Assembly: GCA_951406725.2 (NCBI GenBank)
Contig: OX597818.1
Coordinates: 66,712,001 to 66,776,000 of the forward strand
DNA length: 64,000 nucleotides
DNA from: Octopus vulgaris
Taxonomy: Eukaryota
Reading direction: 5' to 3'
This document shows positions 25,834 to 40,030 of the stretch, in pieces. The position numbers were made by a program, and so were the translations under genes. The notes under the pieces are model-generated. The model was not told the origin of the DNA, did not search any database, and saw nothing but the letters and a program-made list of their open reading frames with translations. The first letter of the stretch is position 1. Each line of letters opens with the position of its first letter.

Positions 25834-28329
25834 TTATCTCAGTCCTCTGGACTACACCTTCCAAGTAAAATCGTCCACAGTCAAATTAATAGCAAAATTC
25901 ACAAAGATTCAATGATGATACGATAAGAAGGTTGCTTTCATAAGTTATGCACTGGAAAGATTACAGTTGCACTCGGAGATAGAGGATCATTGAAGGGCTG
26001 AAACCAAAAGTAAACTCTATAACTATTAGGGTGTCGGAGGTTATAACTTGTGCCTTGAGGTTGTGCATCTGTTATCTGATTGCAATATTAGAAGCAATGC
26101 TATCCAAATAGTGGTAGCTAATCTTGATGTTATGTGAGTTGAAGAGCTTGCTCTCTTGTGGCACTTGTGAAAATGCTAAATAAAGGTAACTCAGTGTGCC
26201 AAAGGTCCAAACCAACCTATCCAGTTTAGGAAATAAGTGCTACAGTAGGAAGCATTTTAAGAGCCAACAAGTGTTTAATAGCTAGTCAAAGCTCTTGAGA
26301 GTTGTACATGGAGTTAGGGTACATGTATTCAAGGAAATCCTCGAACGTCATCTGTCGAAGATCGTACATCACGGCTTGAAACTCAAATGAGTGTAGCAAG
26401 AAAAAGTTTCTCATTTCGCAATATTCAAGCACAGGAGAATCGTCACTGAAAATATGATGAAAGTGGGAGTGTCCCGGCATAAGAATAACACTGAAAATAT
26501 AATCAAAGTGGGAGTGCTCCAGGATGTTCATAGCACTTGGTCAGGAAGATGTGCAGAAAAGAATATATATTTATGTGTGTGAGCGTGAAATTGTGTGGCT
26601 GTGTGTGTATGCATCATCAACTTATTAGAAGTGAACCAACACGTAAATACGACCAGGTGCGACACGTATAGGAAACCTAACTAGGAAGCTTCATGAATCC
26701 ACAACAGATCGAAACTAACCGTGTTGCTGCAATTAGAAATTTAATCTCAGGTGTTAACAGAAGAATGCACAAGTTTCAGCAAATGGGGATATATGGTAAC
26801 CGAGAAGTTAAGATATTAACAGGATAACGCGGTGAGCTGGCAGAATCATTAGTACGCCGGGCAAAGTTCTTAGTGGCACTGTTAGATCACTATCTGATTT
26901 GCTATCTGTTATATACCAATGACATCTTGCAGATTTCACTTGCAAATTTTAATTACTGTGGTTATAATCCAAAACCGGGATTCCTGAATTAGATATCAAT
27001 TTATTAATTCACGTATATTCTTTACACATTTTGTGTTCCATGAAAGTATATATATATATATATATATATACATAATATATTATATATATATATATATATA
27101 CATATATATTAATTTTGTGTTACACATGTCTATTTAATTATTGATGTATATGTTTATATACAGAAACACACAAGCAGAAGAACATTTACAGTACTCTATC
27201 TCTTTCTTTATTTCTTACTCCTTCTCCTTCTTTCCCTCTCTCTTTCTCTCTCTCCCTATATATATATACATATTCATTTCTTGTTACATTTCTACATGAA
27301 CTTGAATACTGCTTTGAAATACATTTCCTAGTCGACCACCTCAGTCTCTCTTGCACCTACATTGTCTTTTTTTCTGTTAATGATAATCAAAATTTACATA
27401 AATGGCGCTTTGTAAAATAAATTGTTCTATGAACAATAAATTATATACAATTAACTTATTTATTAGCATACATTATATTGTGAGTGAACAGACTTGTTTC
27501 ATTCCATTAGGTCCGAGTATACTGTTACAGATAAATCATTAACATGGCCTTCGATGCAGAGAAAAGAAAACATTATTGGCTATGGGTATTGTAATATTTA
27601 AATACAGTATTTTTGGAAATGAGATATCAAAATAGCCATGAATAAATTCATGATTAAATATTTTATATGTCTTTTGTAATAATGTAAATAATTATACTGC
27701 ATAACGATTTTTAAGACGTATATATGTAAATTTAATTAAGTTTATAAAAAAAAAACTATGAGAATACATTTCTTGTCAAAACAAGACAGAAGATTTTTCA
27801 ACTAAATATTTCAATAAAATCTAATGATGTTGCATTCATCGATTAGTCTGTTTGATAGGCAAGTCAAGAACAACCTTTCAGTATTTTAGACTCAATCAAC
27901 TTTTCCAATACAAGTTTTGAAGCGTTGAAGTTAAGTCAGTACAAGAACCTCGTTTGTCATTTCATTCCAAAGTTCAAACTATTCTCTTTGTATGAAATTA
28001 TTGATGTTGATTTAGGAATGCCTATCTACATAATTCTTTCTTTTTTATATATTTGCATATATGTTTGTGGGTCTAAATGAGAAAAAATATTCTCCAAAAT
28101 AAAGTTTTCAGAGCTTGAAAAAATGAATACTTTGACGTCATATAAATATGATTTTATTAGTTAAAAGATTTGAGGATAACAGGTTAAGAGTATCCTGGGG
28201 ATTAGAAAACGTATCATTGGGATATGAGATCGTCTGGAAATCTACAATGTTAGATACATTGATTTGGAAAATGGGTTTTTATGAGAAGCTCTTCAATTAT
28301 TTCAATTATTTCAATTATTTAATAATTTC

Positions 28330-28910
28330 CTGATTATTCTCGCGCTCTATTCCAGTTTCCTTTACATACTTCTTGATAACTTCTGATACTCTCCCGAAGG
28401 ACCCATCAATAAGTGGCACTATCTTCGCCCTCTTCATTTTCCATAGCAGGAATTTTCCTACTTAACAGTGTTGCATTTTTCTATCTATCTATCTCTCTAT
28501 CTATCTTTTCGCCTTCTTTCTTGATTATTCGTGATTCAAACGGATATGTAAAAATTACTATAAAGCATACGTGGTACATCTTGTTGACCACTACCAGGTC
28601 TGGTTTGTTATAATCTAACACCTGATCTATTTGGAATGGGAAATCCCAGACTATTTTGCTTGTCGCCAATTCTGCTGGTCACTGCGATTTGTGCTCATAC
28701 CACGTCTTGCCTCTCTCCAGGCCGCACTTTTCGCACATTTCCCAATGAAGCACTTTCGCTACCTGATCATGTCACCCCAAATTGTTGTGGTTTTCGACAG
28801 GTTTTCGTTTGTCATACGAGCAATGGCTTCATCCATTCTAATGCACATGATCATTCCAATCGCTGACCCTCTAGTTCGTGGCCAAAGCTTGGTCTTGCAC
28901 TGCTGGTATA
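28330..28910 (-). mobile_element. R4/Dong-like RLE-LINE fragment (decayed)
   Basis: Minus-strand translation QDQALATN..HDQVAKVLHWEMCEKCGL..WYEH..IVWDFPFQIDQVLDYNKPDLVVVNK; adjacent to (TTA)n. Confidence 0.7.
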
Positions 28911-28961
28911 GTGCTGTATTATTATTATTATTATTATTATTATTGTTATCATTATTATTAT

Positions 28962-29105
28962 TACCTTTGCACAGCTTCTAACGCAGGAGATGTACTACGG
29001 TGTTAGATTTCACTACCAGTCAACTAATGTAAACCCTTTACATTTCGAGCACCTTCCGGAATATTCGAGAGGTTCCAAGCAGTGCTGTTTTCCGCAAGTG
29101 CTTCA
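28962..29105 (-). mobile_element. R4/Dong-like LINE 3' end running into (TAA)n
   Basis: Minus strand HLRKTALLGTSRIFRKVLEM* then a short UTR abutting (TTA)n at 28917-28961. Confidence 0.7.
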
Positions 29106-29241
29106 CACTTATTGCAACAATTATTGTTACAACTATCACCTTTTTCCTCGACCACAACTGCTTAACCTCCCAAGATAAACTGGCATCATTACATCATCAT
29201 CATCATTATCATTATCATTATAATTATTATTATTATTATTA

Positions 29242-29276
<35 letters not shown>

Positions 29277-30355
29277 ATTATTATTATTATTATTATAATT
29301 GTCGGTGCTGTTGTTGTTCTTGTTATTATTGTTATTATTATTATTATTATTATTAGTAGTAGTAGTAGTAGTAGTAACATATTGCAGCAGCAGTTGTAGT
29401 AGCGGTGGTTGTGGTTGTGATGTTGGTAGAAGTATTATTGTTGTATAATCATCAATAAGTCTGTATATGTACATAAATTAATTTGTGTAAGTTTGATACA
29501 GAAAACATCTTGTGTGAAGAGACACCAGAATCAGTCATTGCATTTGAAAAGGAAAAGTAGGAGAAAGAATTAACGAAGTAAGGAGAGAGGAGAGAAAGAG
29601 TGAGAGGAGTGAGTAAGATCGGGAGAAAGGGAAAAATTGAGCAAGAGAGTAAAAGAAACACAACAGCAGAAACCGCTTTTTTTTTTCATTGTATAACTTT
29701 TGGGAGCATTAATGTTTCATAAATTCCGAGAATTCTTTACAGAAAGAAAATGGGAGATGACATAGAGAAAAACTGAAAAGTAAACTCATGATTCTGCGCC
29801 AAAGAATCAGGTTATAATTAATTTGATGTAAAATAAGTCAATGCTAGTGAATCTAAATATATTATGGTTTAATCGTTTCAATAATTGGAAAAACTCTACG
29901 ACAGGGCACCGCCATGTAGGGTTTTACTCAGAAAAATCGATCGCATTATATATCTTTCAAAATTTGCTATATATTTTTTCGTTCTATTTGGGAACCCATA
30001 ATTGATGATGATGGAAAAGATACAACACCGATTCTGAAGTGGTGAGGCAAAGACACACAGGAAGACTTGAAGACATAAGCACATAAAAGTACGATGGTCT
30101 CCCCACAAAACTTTTGTCTAGCAAATCCACTCACATGGTATTAACAAGCTCGATCTATATGGAACACACCAAAGGTACCATGCAGCGTGACTGAAACAAA
30201 TGCAACAGTGTCACGAAGCGGGATTTTTAACCACCCAACAATTCCCTCGTCTAATAAAAACACAAAACTTTGACCTATTATGGGAGAAATTATATATTAT
30301 TCTGCAACACTGGGTACGTTTAGCAATTACAGATTTTGTGTTTCTTGACATTTCC

Positions 30356-30445
<90 letters not shown>

Positions 30446-30941
30446 GTTAAATATATTCAATGTGAATCCATATATACATCATTGGTTACTCTTCTGCAGA
30501 GGAAGAACCAAGGAAGTATATATGGATTTAAAGACTCTCATCAAAAGAAGTAATTTTTAATTTTTTATTTATATTTCAAACAAACAACATTTTACAGTTT
30601 GACTTCAAATTAAAAAAAAAACTATTATACTATATCTTATACAATATTCCTATCTTATATCTCTAAAGAGGAGAAGCGTTGTCTATAAATGCTTATCAAT
30701 ATAGGATTTCATTATAGGGACAACTCTTCTGTGAAACGATCATGAGATGCTTTAAATTATTAGTTCAAAACTTTCAAACTATCAAATATATGTATACACT
30801 ATATCTATACTTATACATATTTACATATATTTTTATATATATTTACATTTATTTATTTATATATTTTAATACAATGACTATTTTCACACGGGAATATCTT
30901 TATGATGAGTTTGGATATTAATTTCTTTATATACATATATG

Positions 30942-31311
<370 letters not shown>

Positions 31312-31899
31312 GTATAAATTAACGTAACAATCATTAGACAAATAATTTTCTTTGACGTAACACATTTTTAAGTAAGTTCTTTTCTTGTACTCCAGTACAG
31401 TTAACGAGATGTTGCAGCTGACATATATATGAAAAATAACAATAGCACTTAGTATACATGTATAGTCACTAATGACTGTTCTTATTATATGTGAGGCAAT
31501 TAATGTGGCCAGCTGGTAGAATTGTTAACATTCCAGTCAAACTGCACAGCGGTATCTCGTCTTTACACTCAGCTTTCTAAGTGCTACCGTGGTCGATTTA
31601 CTTCTCAACCTTTCGTGGGTTGATAAAATACGCATCAGTTGAGCAATGGGTGTCGATTTAATTGATGCATCTCCTGCGGACAAGTGCTGGATTTCAACCA
31701 GATTTTGAAATCAATATATTTAACAGATTTTCTAGGTCATCTTTACAACTTTATATTTTAACAGGATTAAGATTCACTGGAATTTTTTTATTAAGAATAT
31801 TAGAAATCCGTTTCTATAATAGTATGTTTTATATAATATTCAACGTATATCGCCATTATAAAACGTGACGAATTTTATGAAATATTTGCCTCTGAATAC

Positions 31900-32300
31900 G
31901 TACTGTGGAAGCGTCGTATACAGCCTGCTTCCCAACCATATGTTTCTGGGGTCATTCTTGCCCTGTGGTACCTCGGTTGATTGTCTTCTACTATAGCCTC
32001 GGGCCGGCCAAAGCCTTGTGAGTGGATTTGGTAGACGGAAACTGGAAGAAGCTCGTCGTATATGTATATATATGTATATATGTGTGTGTGTGTTTGTGTG
32101 CTTGTGTTTGTCCCCTCAACATCGCTTGAGAACCGATGCTGGTGTGTTTACTTCCCTGTAACTTAGCGGTTCGGCAGAAGAGGCCGATAGAATAAATACT
32201 GGGCTTACAAAGAATAAGATCCGCGGTCGATTTGCTCGACTAAAGGCAGCGCTCCAGCATTGCAGCATTCAAATGACTGAAACAAGTAAAAGAGTAAAGT
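31900..32300 (+). mobile_element. SINE group A
   Basis: gtcttctactatagcctcgggccggccaaagccttgtgagtggatttggtagacggaaactg..aaatgactgaaacaagtaaaagagta. Confidence 0.88.
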
Positions 32301-32400
<100 letters not shown>

Positions 32401-33008
32401 ATTGTATATGTGCCTATTGACAAGCACATACATGTATACATACGTACATAGGTATATCTTATATTTATGACGTGTACGGTTTGATTGACTAAACTGTCTG
32501 TGAAGTTCACGCGTTGATGACAGTTCGATAGGTAATTAACAAGATACATAAAAATATTATATACTGCCATGTCATAAAATAATAAGTTATTTAAAAGTAA
32601 TTTGAATTACGGCATCTATACAAATCAGAATAGCGCAAATATTGTAGCAATAATATTTCACTGTACTATCGAAACTTTATTAATTATGCAATATATAAAA
32701 ACGCAGCGTAAATTAAAAGTACATTTTCTAATTACTTCTGTCTATATTAATAATAGATTTAAGTTTCCTTAATTAAAATTTAATATTCTACGAAAATGTG
32801 TTAGCGTCTCGCAAAAGTGTAATATTAACGTGGTCCACATTACTGTCAATTACTTTCGCTCATTCAACATTTACAGGAATGAAAAGGCAACAATGTTGAT
32901 GTTTTATCGGTATTGGCCAACGCTCCAACATTTATAACATTATATTATATCTCTCATATTAGTCATGAAATATTAGACACAAACATCTTCGTATACACAC
33001 AGAAACAC

Positions 33009-33047
<39 letters not shown>

Positions 33048-33074
33048 TTTTATGTGAATACGTGAGCGCGAGTG

Positions 33075-33108
<34 letters not shown>

Positions 33109-33813
33109 GTGTGTGTGTGTGTGTATTTGCATGTATTTGCATGTATATTCATATATAGGTGAGTTTGTGTGTGTGCATGTACGTAGTTCTTTTCTTTTAT
33201 TTCATTTACTTGTTTCAGTCATCTGACTGCGGCTATGCTGGAGCACCGCTTTTAGTCCAGTAGATCGACCCCAGAGCTTATTATGACAGATGTTTTGATG
33301 ACAGTGTTCCTCTGCTGATATTTATGTACATATTCAATTACAAGAATATTCTCTATATTTCTTCCATGACAACATTTTTTTGCCAGATGAAATTGTATTC
33401 TGCTTTTGAGAAAACGTCGTGTTGCAAAGGGAGATAAAATCTTCATTGCATTTTTCACTGATGTCTTCAACATCGATAAGATGAGATCAAAATTACCAAT
33501 TGCACATTTAAACTGTCGCTTCTTTATTAGCTGTTTCGTAGCAATCACCTGTTTTGGGACTGGAAATACATCATCGCGAAGTGTGATGCGATTCCTGATG
33601 TTCATGGTCTCATCTTCAGTAGGAAAATTGAATTGTCTTGTGTTTTGTTTCCTTTAGAGTAGTCGAATACTTTTTGGCTTTACACTTTCTCCTATACATA
33701 CAAACATGTATCTATACATTATACATGTAATCATACATAACAAACACCATGCATATAAACGTACACACAGATACATACGCCCACTCTCGTCCTGGAGTAT
33801 ATCTATATATATT

Positions 33814-33848
<35 letters not shown>

Positions 33849-35229
33849 TACTATTTTCAGGTGTGGAGATGAAAGAGTCTGATATAAAGAAATTAAAAAG
33901 CCAGGTGTTCTTTCCGTGACTGCATCCATCTTAGCTTGCTATAAATGCTGTTTTGGAATTTGAATGTTGTATTTGCAGAAAATGAAATTAAGCGATTCTG
34001 TTTTGGAGAAATGCTTTCTCTTATTGTTTTAACGGTGTGAACTGAAATTTCAGATGCTATCATATCTAAGTTTTTATTAGATTATATAGGTTCATAAATA
34101 CCTTTGATATTTAGTGTAAAGAAATGAAATTCAGAAATTGTTTATCTCCTTCACGAATTAGTGTGTATTAGAGTTACCATGCACCTCTGAAAATCGGCCG
34201 ATCGCATGTACAGTCTCCATATAATGGGTCAGTAAAATCGCGACTCAAAATAACTATAAATAACTGCTTCTATTTTAAGTTTATGCTACGATTTTAATCA
34301 ATCTATTACTCATTTCTAATGTAACATTGGTTTCATAATTTAACACCAGATTTGTCGGTGCGGGGGAGGCAAATCGATTAAATTGACCTCGGCGTTTTAA
34401 TGGTGCTTCATTTAACGATCGCGAGAGGACGAAATTTATAGTCGACCCCGGCGGAATTTCAGCAAGTATCATGTAGATGGAGGGAACGACGCTAAGAATT
34501 TCCCCTGCAGCCTTATTTCAGCGTAATACTACAGGAATTCTCTCAAAAACACAGTATTCTCTTCTAAACAGCCGATGATACATACTAGATATTTAAAGAT
34601 AATGTACGCATGATAGCATGCTCTAAAAACTTCTAATTTAATTGCGATTGTGGGGATAAGTATGGCATCCGCGTGGATGATTTGCAGACAATGAAGCCAG
34701 AACTTTAACGGGAACAGATTTGGTAATATTTCTGTTTTCCCCCCATATATTTTAAGCGATATGCTCGTCTATACATGTCAGTTGCTCAATTATCGTAAAA
34801 CAATTTAGTTTTCTGCAGGGATTAACGTAACGACTGACTAATCTCAAACAACTGCATTTTCAAATTAGTTCAGTTATTTAGAAACTTAAAGAACAAAGTA
34901 AAGTATTGAAAATATTAGCTAAGTGAATACCAATAATTTTCAAATAAATTTATATAAAACGCTGAAATTACACATAGCGAATATTAATCTTTTTTATGTA
35001 CATACTTGCTGTGAATTCCATATTAAATTATAACTAAATTTAACCAAATTCAGCGACGCTAGACTGTAATGAACACGCTTAATATGTGAGAGAATAACAA
35101 AATATTAAATTTGCTCTACATTGGGATACCTTTAATAAAAGTGAGAACACCTGTGCTTTCCAGCAGCAGTTAGTTGAAGCTTGCACAGCAGACATCAAAC
35201 TTGAGATCTTCTTTATTTTGCCCTCTAAG

Positions 35230-35757
35230 CACAAGGCACGGAACTTTTGAGGTGACAAGATACTTAATTTATCGTCCCCGAAAGGCAAAGACGACCTCGG
35301 TGGAATTTGAACTCAGAAATTAAAGACAGACGAAATACCTATTTCTTTACTACCCACAAGGGGCTACACACAGAGAGGACAAACAAAGAAAGACAAACGG
35401 ATTAAGTCGACTATATCGACCCCAGAGCGTGACTGGTACTTATTTTCTCGACCCCGAAAGGATGAAAGGCACGGTCAATCTCGGCGGATTTTGAATTCAA
35501 AACGTAGCGGCAAACACAATACCTATGTCTTTACTACCCGCAAGGGGCTAAAGACAGACGGGACAAACAAGGACAGACAAACAGATTAAGTCGATTACAT
35601 TGACCCCAGTGCGTAACTGGTACTTAATTTATCGACCCCGAACGGATGAAAGTCGAAGTCGACCTGGGCGGAATTTGAACTCAGAACGTAACTGCAGGTG
35701 AAATACCGCTAAGCATTTCGCTCGGCGTGCTAACGTTTCTGCCAGGTCGCCGCCTTA
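35230..35757 (-). mobile_element. SINE group B with ~180-bp internal tandem units
   Basis: Repeated cgaccccgaaaggatgaaaggc..gaatttgaactcagaa..ctacccacaaggggct..acaaacaagg; head ggcggcgacctggcagaaacgttagcacgcc on the minus strand. Confidence 0.88.
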
Positions 35758-36523
35758 TCCCACATAAGATATGGTGCCAAAATTAGGGTAAATGGTTGAC
35801 ACGTTTCGTCTTTTATTTTATTGTCAATGCAAATATGTAAATACAACGCCAACGTTAAGTAAATGCTGAGAGAGTCGCAAGCGTGGCTACGTTATAAGAA
35901 GCAATATGGATTTGAGTTTAGTTCTAATGCGTGGCACCTAGAGTCAGTGTCCTAAATCTATAGAATATATAGCGATAGAATACCAAATTCGCCAGAATTG
36001 TTTAACCACAAATGTCGCCTCTGCTTGGCAACTTCTCTGTTGAAATAAACACCCGGGTGAAATACGGCTTTATTTGTTTTAGAACGAGTTGAAAATTATT
36101 GCCGTAAACTTTTCTTACGTTTCTCTCCTCTTCTTTTCCCGAAATAAAGCCTCATCGCTTCTATACTCACCTCTTCCTTCTTTCGCTGTCTTCAAGGATT
36201 TGGCATGAAGTTCAAAGGTCGGGCAAAAGTTATCACTTTCAACAACACTAAATCAACATTTAACTCCGTTAGAAATGGGCATATCTGCGGAATACCCAGG
36301 AGGTTACGTGTGTTTGGCAACGAGCAGATTACGGAAGCTGTAGGGGAAAACGCAATAAATAATGATGCATAATTAATATTAGTTATAACATATAATTGCC
36401 TATAAACCGAAATATCGAGTTCAGCTACATTCTACGCGAAATGCATTTTAAAGTAATAGAACAAGAAAATGGAAGGAACTTTTCTGGCGTTCAGAATCTC
36501 CCACGCTCACTCACTCCCACCCC

Positions 36524-36577
<54 letters not shown>

Positions 36578-36652
36578 AGAGAGAGAGAGATGAACACAGA
36601 GAGATAGAGAGTAAAAAAGAAAGAGAGAGAAAGATAAAGAAATACATAAAAG

Positions 36653-36683
<31 letters not shown>

Positions 36684-37060
36684 ACTTAAACAGAGAAACA
36701 CATACACACATAACTATCTCATGAATAAGAGCTGGTGGATAATTCTCAGCACTTTCCAGTTGTAATGTGCTGAAAATTATTCATCGTCCCTTATTGTTCA
36801 TTTGATTATAATACACCACAGGAATTTACAACACGTCAGAAACCCTAGCGTATACCAACAATATCCAATCCATTTAACGTGTGCTTTGGCTCAGCCCCTA
36901 GTCGTTAAATACTTATGAGGATTGTTCCTCCCACTATGGACAAGCCGTTATATCCTATTTGATATTTATCAAACATATGCAGTGACAAAAGATCCATCCG
37001 ACCCTACCTAGTGCATAAGTACCCGATTGTGTCTCAAACCTTGTTATATATATACATATA

Positions 37061-37126
<66 letters not shown>

Positions 37127-37173
37127 TATATATATATATATATATAAATATATATATATATATTTATACACAT

Positions 37174-37465
37174 GTGGAGGCGCAATGGCCCAGTGGTTAG
37201 GGCAACGAAGTCGCGGTCGTATGATCTCGGTTTCGATTCCCAGACCGGGCGTTGTGTGTGTTTATTGAGCGAAAACACCTAAAGCTCCACGAGGCTCCGG
37301 GATAGGATGGTGGCGATCCCTGCTGTACTCTTTCGCCCCGACTTTCTCTCACTCTTTCGGCTGTTGGCCTGCTCGCTTAGCCAGCGGTGTGGCGTCATTT
37401 GAAGGCTAAAAAACAATGCTAAGCACATTGTGACCAGCGATGTGTAGCAACATCTGATAGCCTGG
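37174..37465 (+). mobile_element. tRNA-derived SINE, group C head with alternative tail
   Basis: gtggaggcgcaatggcccagtggttagggc (A box)..ggtttcgattccc (B box); head shared with 54750-54932 and 47780-47933. Confidence 0.85.
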
Positions 37466-37769
37466 TAAAAAAAAATATATATATACACATATGTAGATAA
37501 ATGGATAGATAGATATGACCATATATATGATTGCATCTTGCTCATGTTATAAATAAAATGTTCGAATACGTACATACAGAAAATAAATATATTTAAATGT
37601 CCGTGAATCTTCGGGAGCGAAACTGAAGCTTTAGTGAAATTAAGGAAATGAAATACCGAATAAACTACAACCTAATTATTGTTAATGACGTATTAAAGAA
37701 AGGAAAATTTAAAATTTCGATATTTTATTTCGAGACCATAAATTATTCACAAACACTTCTGTACTGCAC

Positions 37770-37851
<82 letters not shown>

Positions 37852-37895
37852 TTATATATATTATATATATGTATATATATATTTATATATATATA

Positions 37896-37969
<74 letters not shown>

Positions 37970-38417
37970 TGTGCGTTTGTGTGAGTCGTGTGTTTGTGGA
38001 AGGTAATCCAATTATTCGTAGTGACATTAATAAAAATTCCCCTGGGGTGGACTGAAAATAAACGCAAACTGTCTTTGAGTTTCTTATATACGAAAATAAA
38101 ATTTTCCGGCTTCTAAATGCGTTTCCTTGTTTCCCATAGGTTCAATTCACGTGACATGTTGGCTTATGTTTCAGTGACCGAAATTTACACCGAAAGCTGT
38201 TATTTATTTGTGATGCTTCACTGTTTGAACGTTCGTAGTCAGTGTCAATAATTTACTTGTTTAATAAATTTGTAATCCATAAAAGCAGACAGTAAACGGT
38301 GATGTTAATATAAAATTTTATTTATTGTAACTAAACATGAAAACAAACATTAACTCACACACGCACACTCACATTTATACATACAAACACACCTGTATGC
38401 ATGTGTCTGTTTGTATA

Positions 38418-38802
<385 letters not shown>

Positions 38803-39106
38803 ATGTATGTGTGTGTGTGTGTGTATAATTGCGGAGTCGATAGACTAGGGAACAGCTGAAGAAGCGAATGTTCTTTATGTTGCCTGTCTCCTTTCTCTAG
38901 TTGTTTCTTTTGTTGTTCACAAAAAGTTCGTTTTCTATGTTTTTGTTTTTCATGTTCTCATTTCTGATTTTCTTAACGTTTTTTTTATGTCCTGTACTCC
39001 TATAAGCATGTATATATACATATATATGTATGTAGGTACATATATCTATGTATATATGTATATATGTATATATTATATATGTTATCATCATCATCATCAT
39101 CATCAC

Positions 39107-39172
<66 letters not shown>

Positions 39173-39196
39173 TATATAGATATATATATATATAAA

Positions 39197-40030
39197 CTTA
39201 GATAAACTTTGATATGTTTCGGCCAAAGATTGGTCCAGGCCATGTCTAACTTAATAGCGCCACCTGATAGGATTACTTGAATCCTGTTTAAGTCAAGTTT
39301 TGTTTATGGTCCATTCAAGTAGTGAGTTTTTGTTGGGTGAGCTGTATCCAATTATGGGTGGCTTATCTGGTATTCCTTGAAGGAATCTATCCAGACTCCG
39401 TTTAAAGTTGATGGGATCCTGTTCTTCTTTAATCTCTTTCGGGACAATGTTAAATAGCGCAGCGCCTGTTGAGGAAAAGAAATTATGTTGCAGTGTACAT
39501 ATATGCTTTGGTCTTGAATTGGACAGGAGACGTATGGCCCGTGGTCCCAGTCTTGGATGAACCTTGAAGCTAATGTTCAGGTCGTTTGGGCAAAGTTGGC
39601 GGTATATTCTCCACATCGTACAAATGATGTATCGCTCATGGCGACGCTGGAGAGAGTAGCCTTTTAAGGCTTTAAGGCGATCCCAATAATCGAGTACAGC
39701 CATGCCTTCAATTCGTTTAGTGAGTGCCCTCTGGGGTGATTCAATCCTCGAGATGTTTTGTCTTGTATGGGGAAACCACAGTGGGTAGCAGTATTCGAGG
39801 TGTGGCCGTACAAATGAGGAGAAAAGTGGTATGATGACACCTTGTTCTCTGGACCGGAAAGTTCTTAATATCTAGGAACTCATCCTACGAGCTATATTGA
39901 CCTTAGTGTTGATGTGTGCACTCTAACTGATATCGTCATCAACAATTACACCCAGGTCTCTGATATTGTTAGAGGCTGTGAGCCCTTCCCCTGAAGGAAG
40001 AGAGTTTGGCTGTTTTAGTGAGGAATTTCT
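39197..40030 (-). mobile_element. 5'-truncated CR1/L2-group LINE (family 2)
   Basis: IRDLGVIVDDDI..RPHLEYCYPLW..YSLQRRHERY..FKRSLDRFL; same 3' UTR as 19840-19933. Confidence 0.9.

Noticed and set aside
25900-26560. Possible hAT transposase C-terminal relic (ASQSS*E..GYMYSRK)
   Set aside because: Similarity too weak and interrupted to call without an HMM search.
35230-35757. CRISPR-like repeat array
   Set aside because: Units are long (~180 bp) with no unique spacers; these are eukaryotic SINE multimers.
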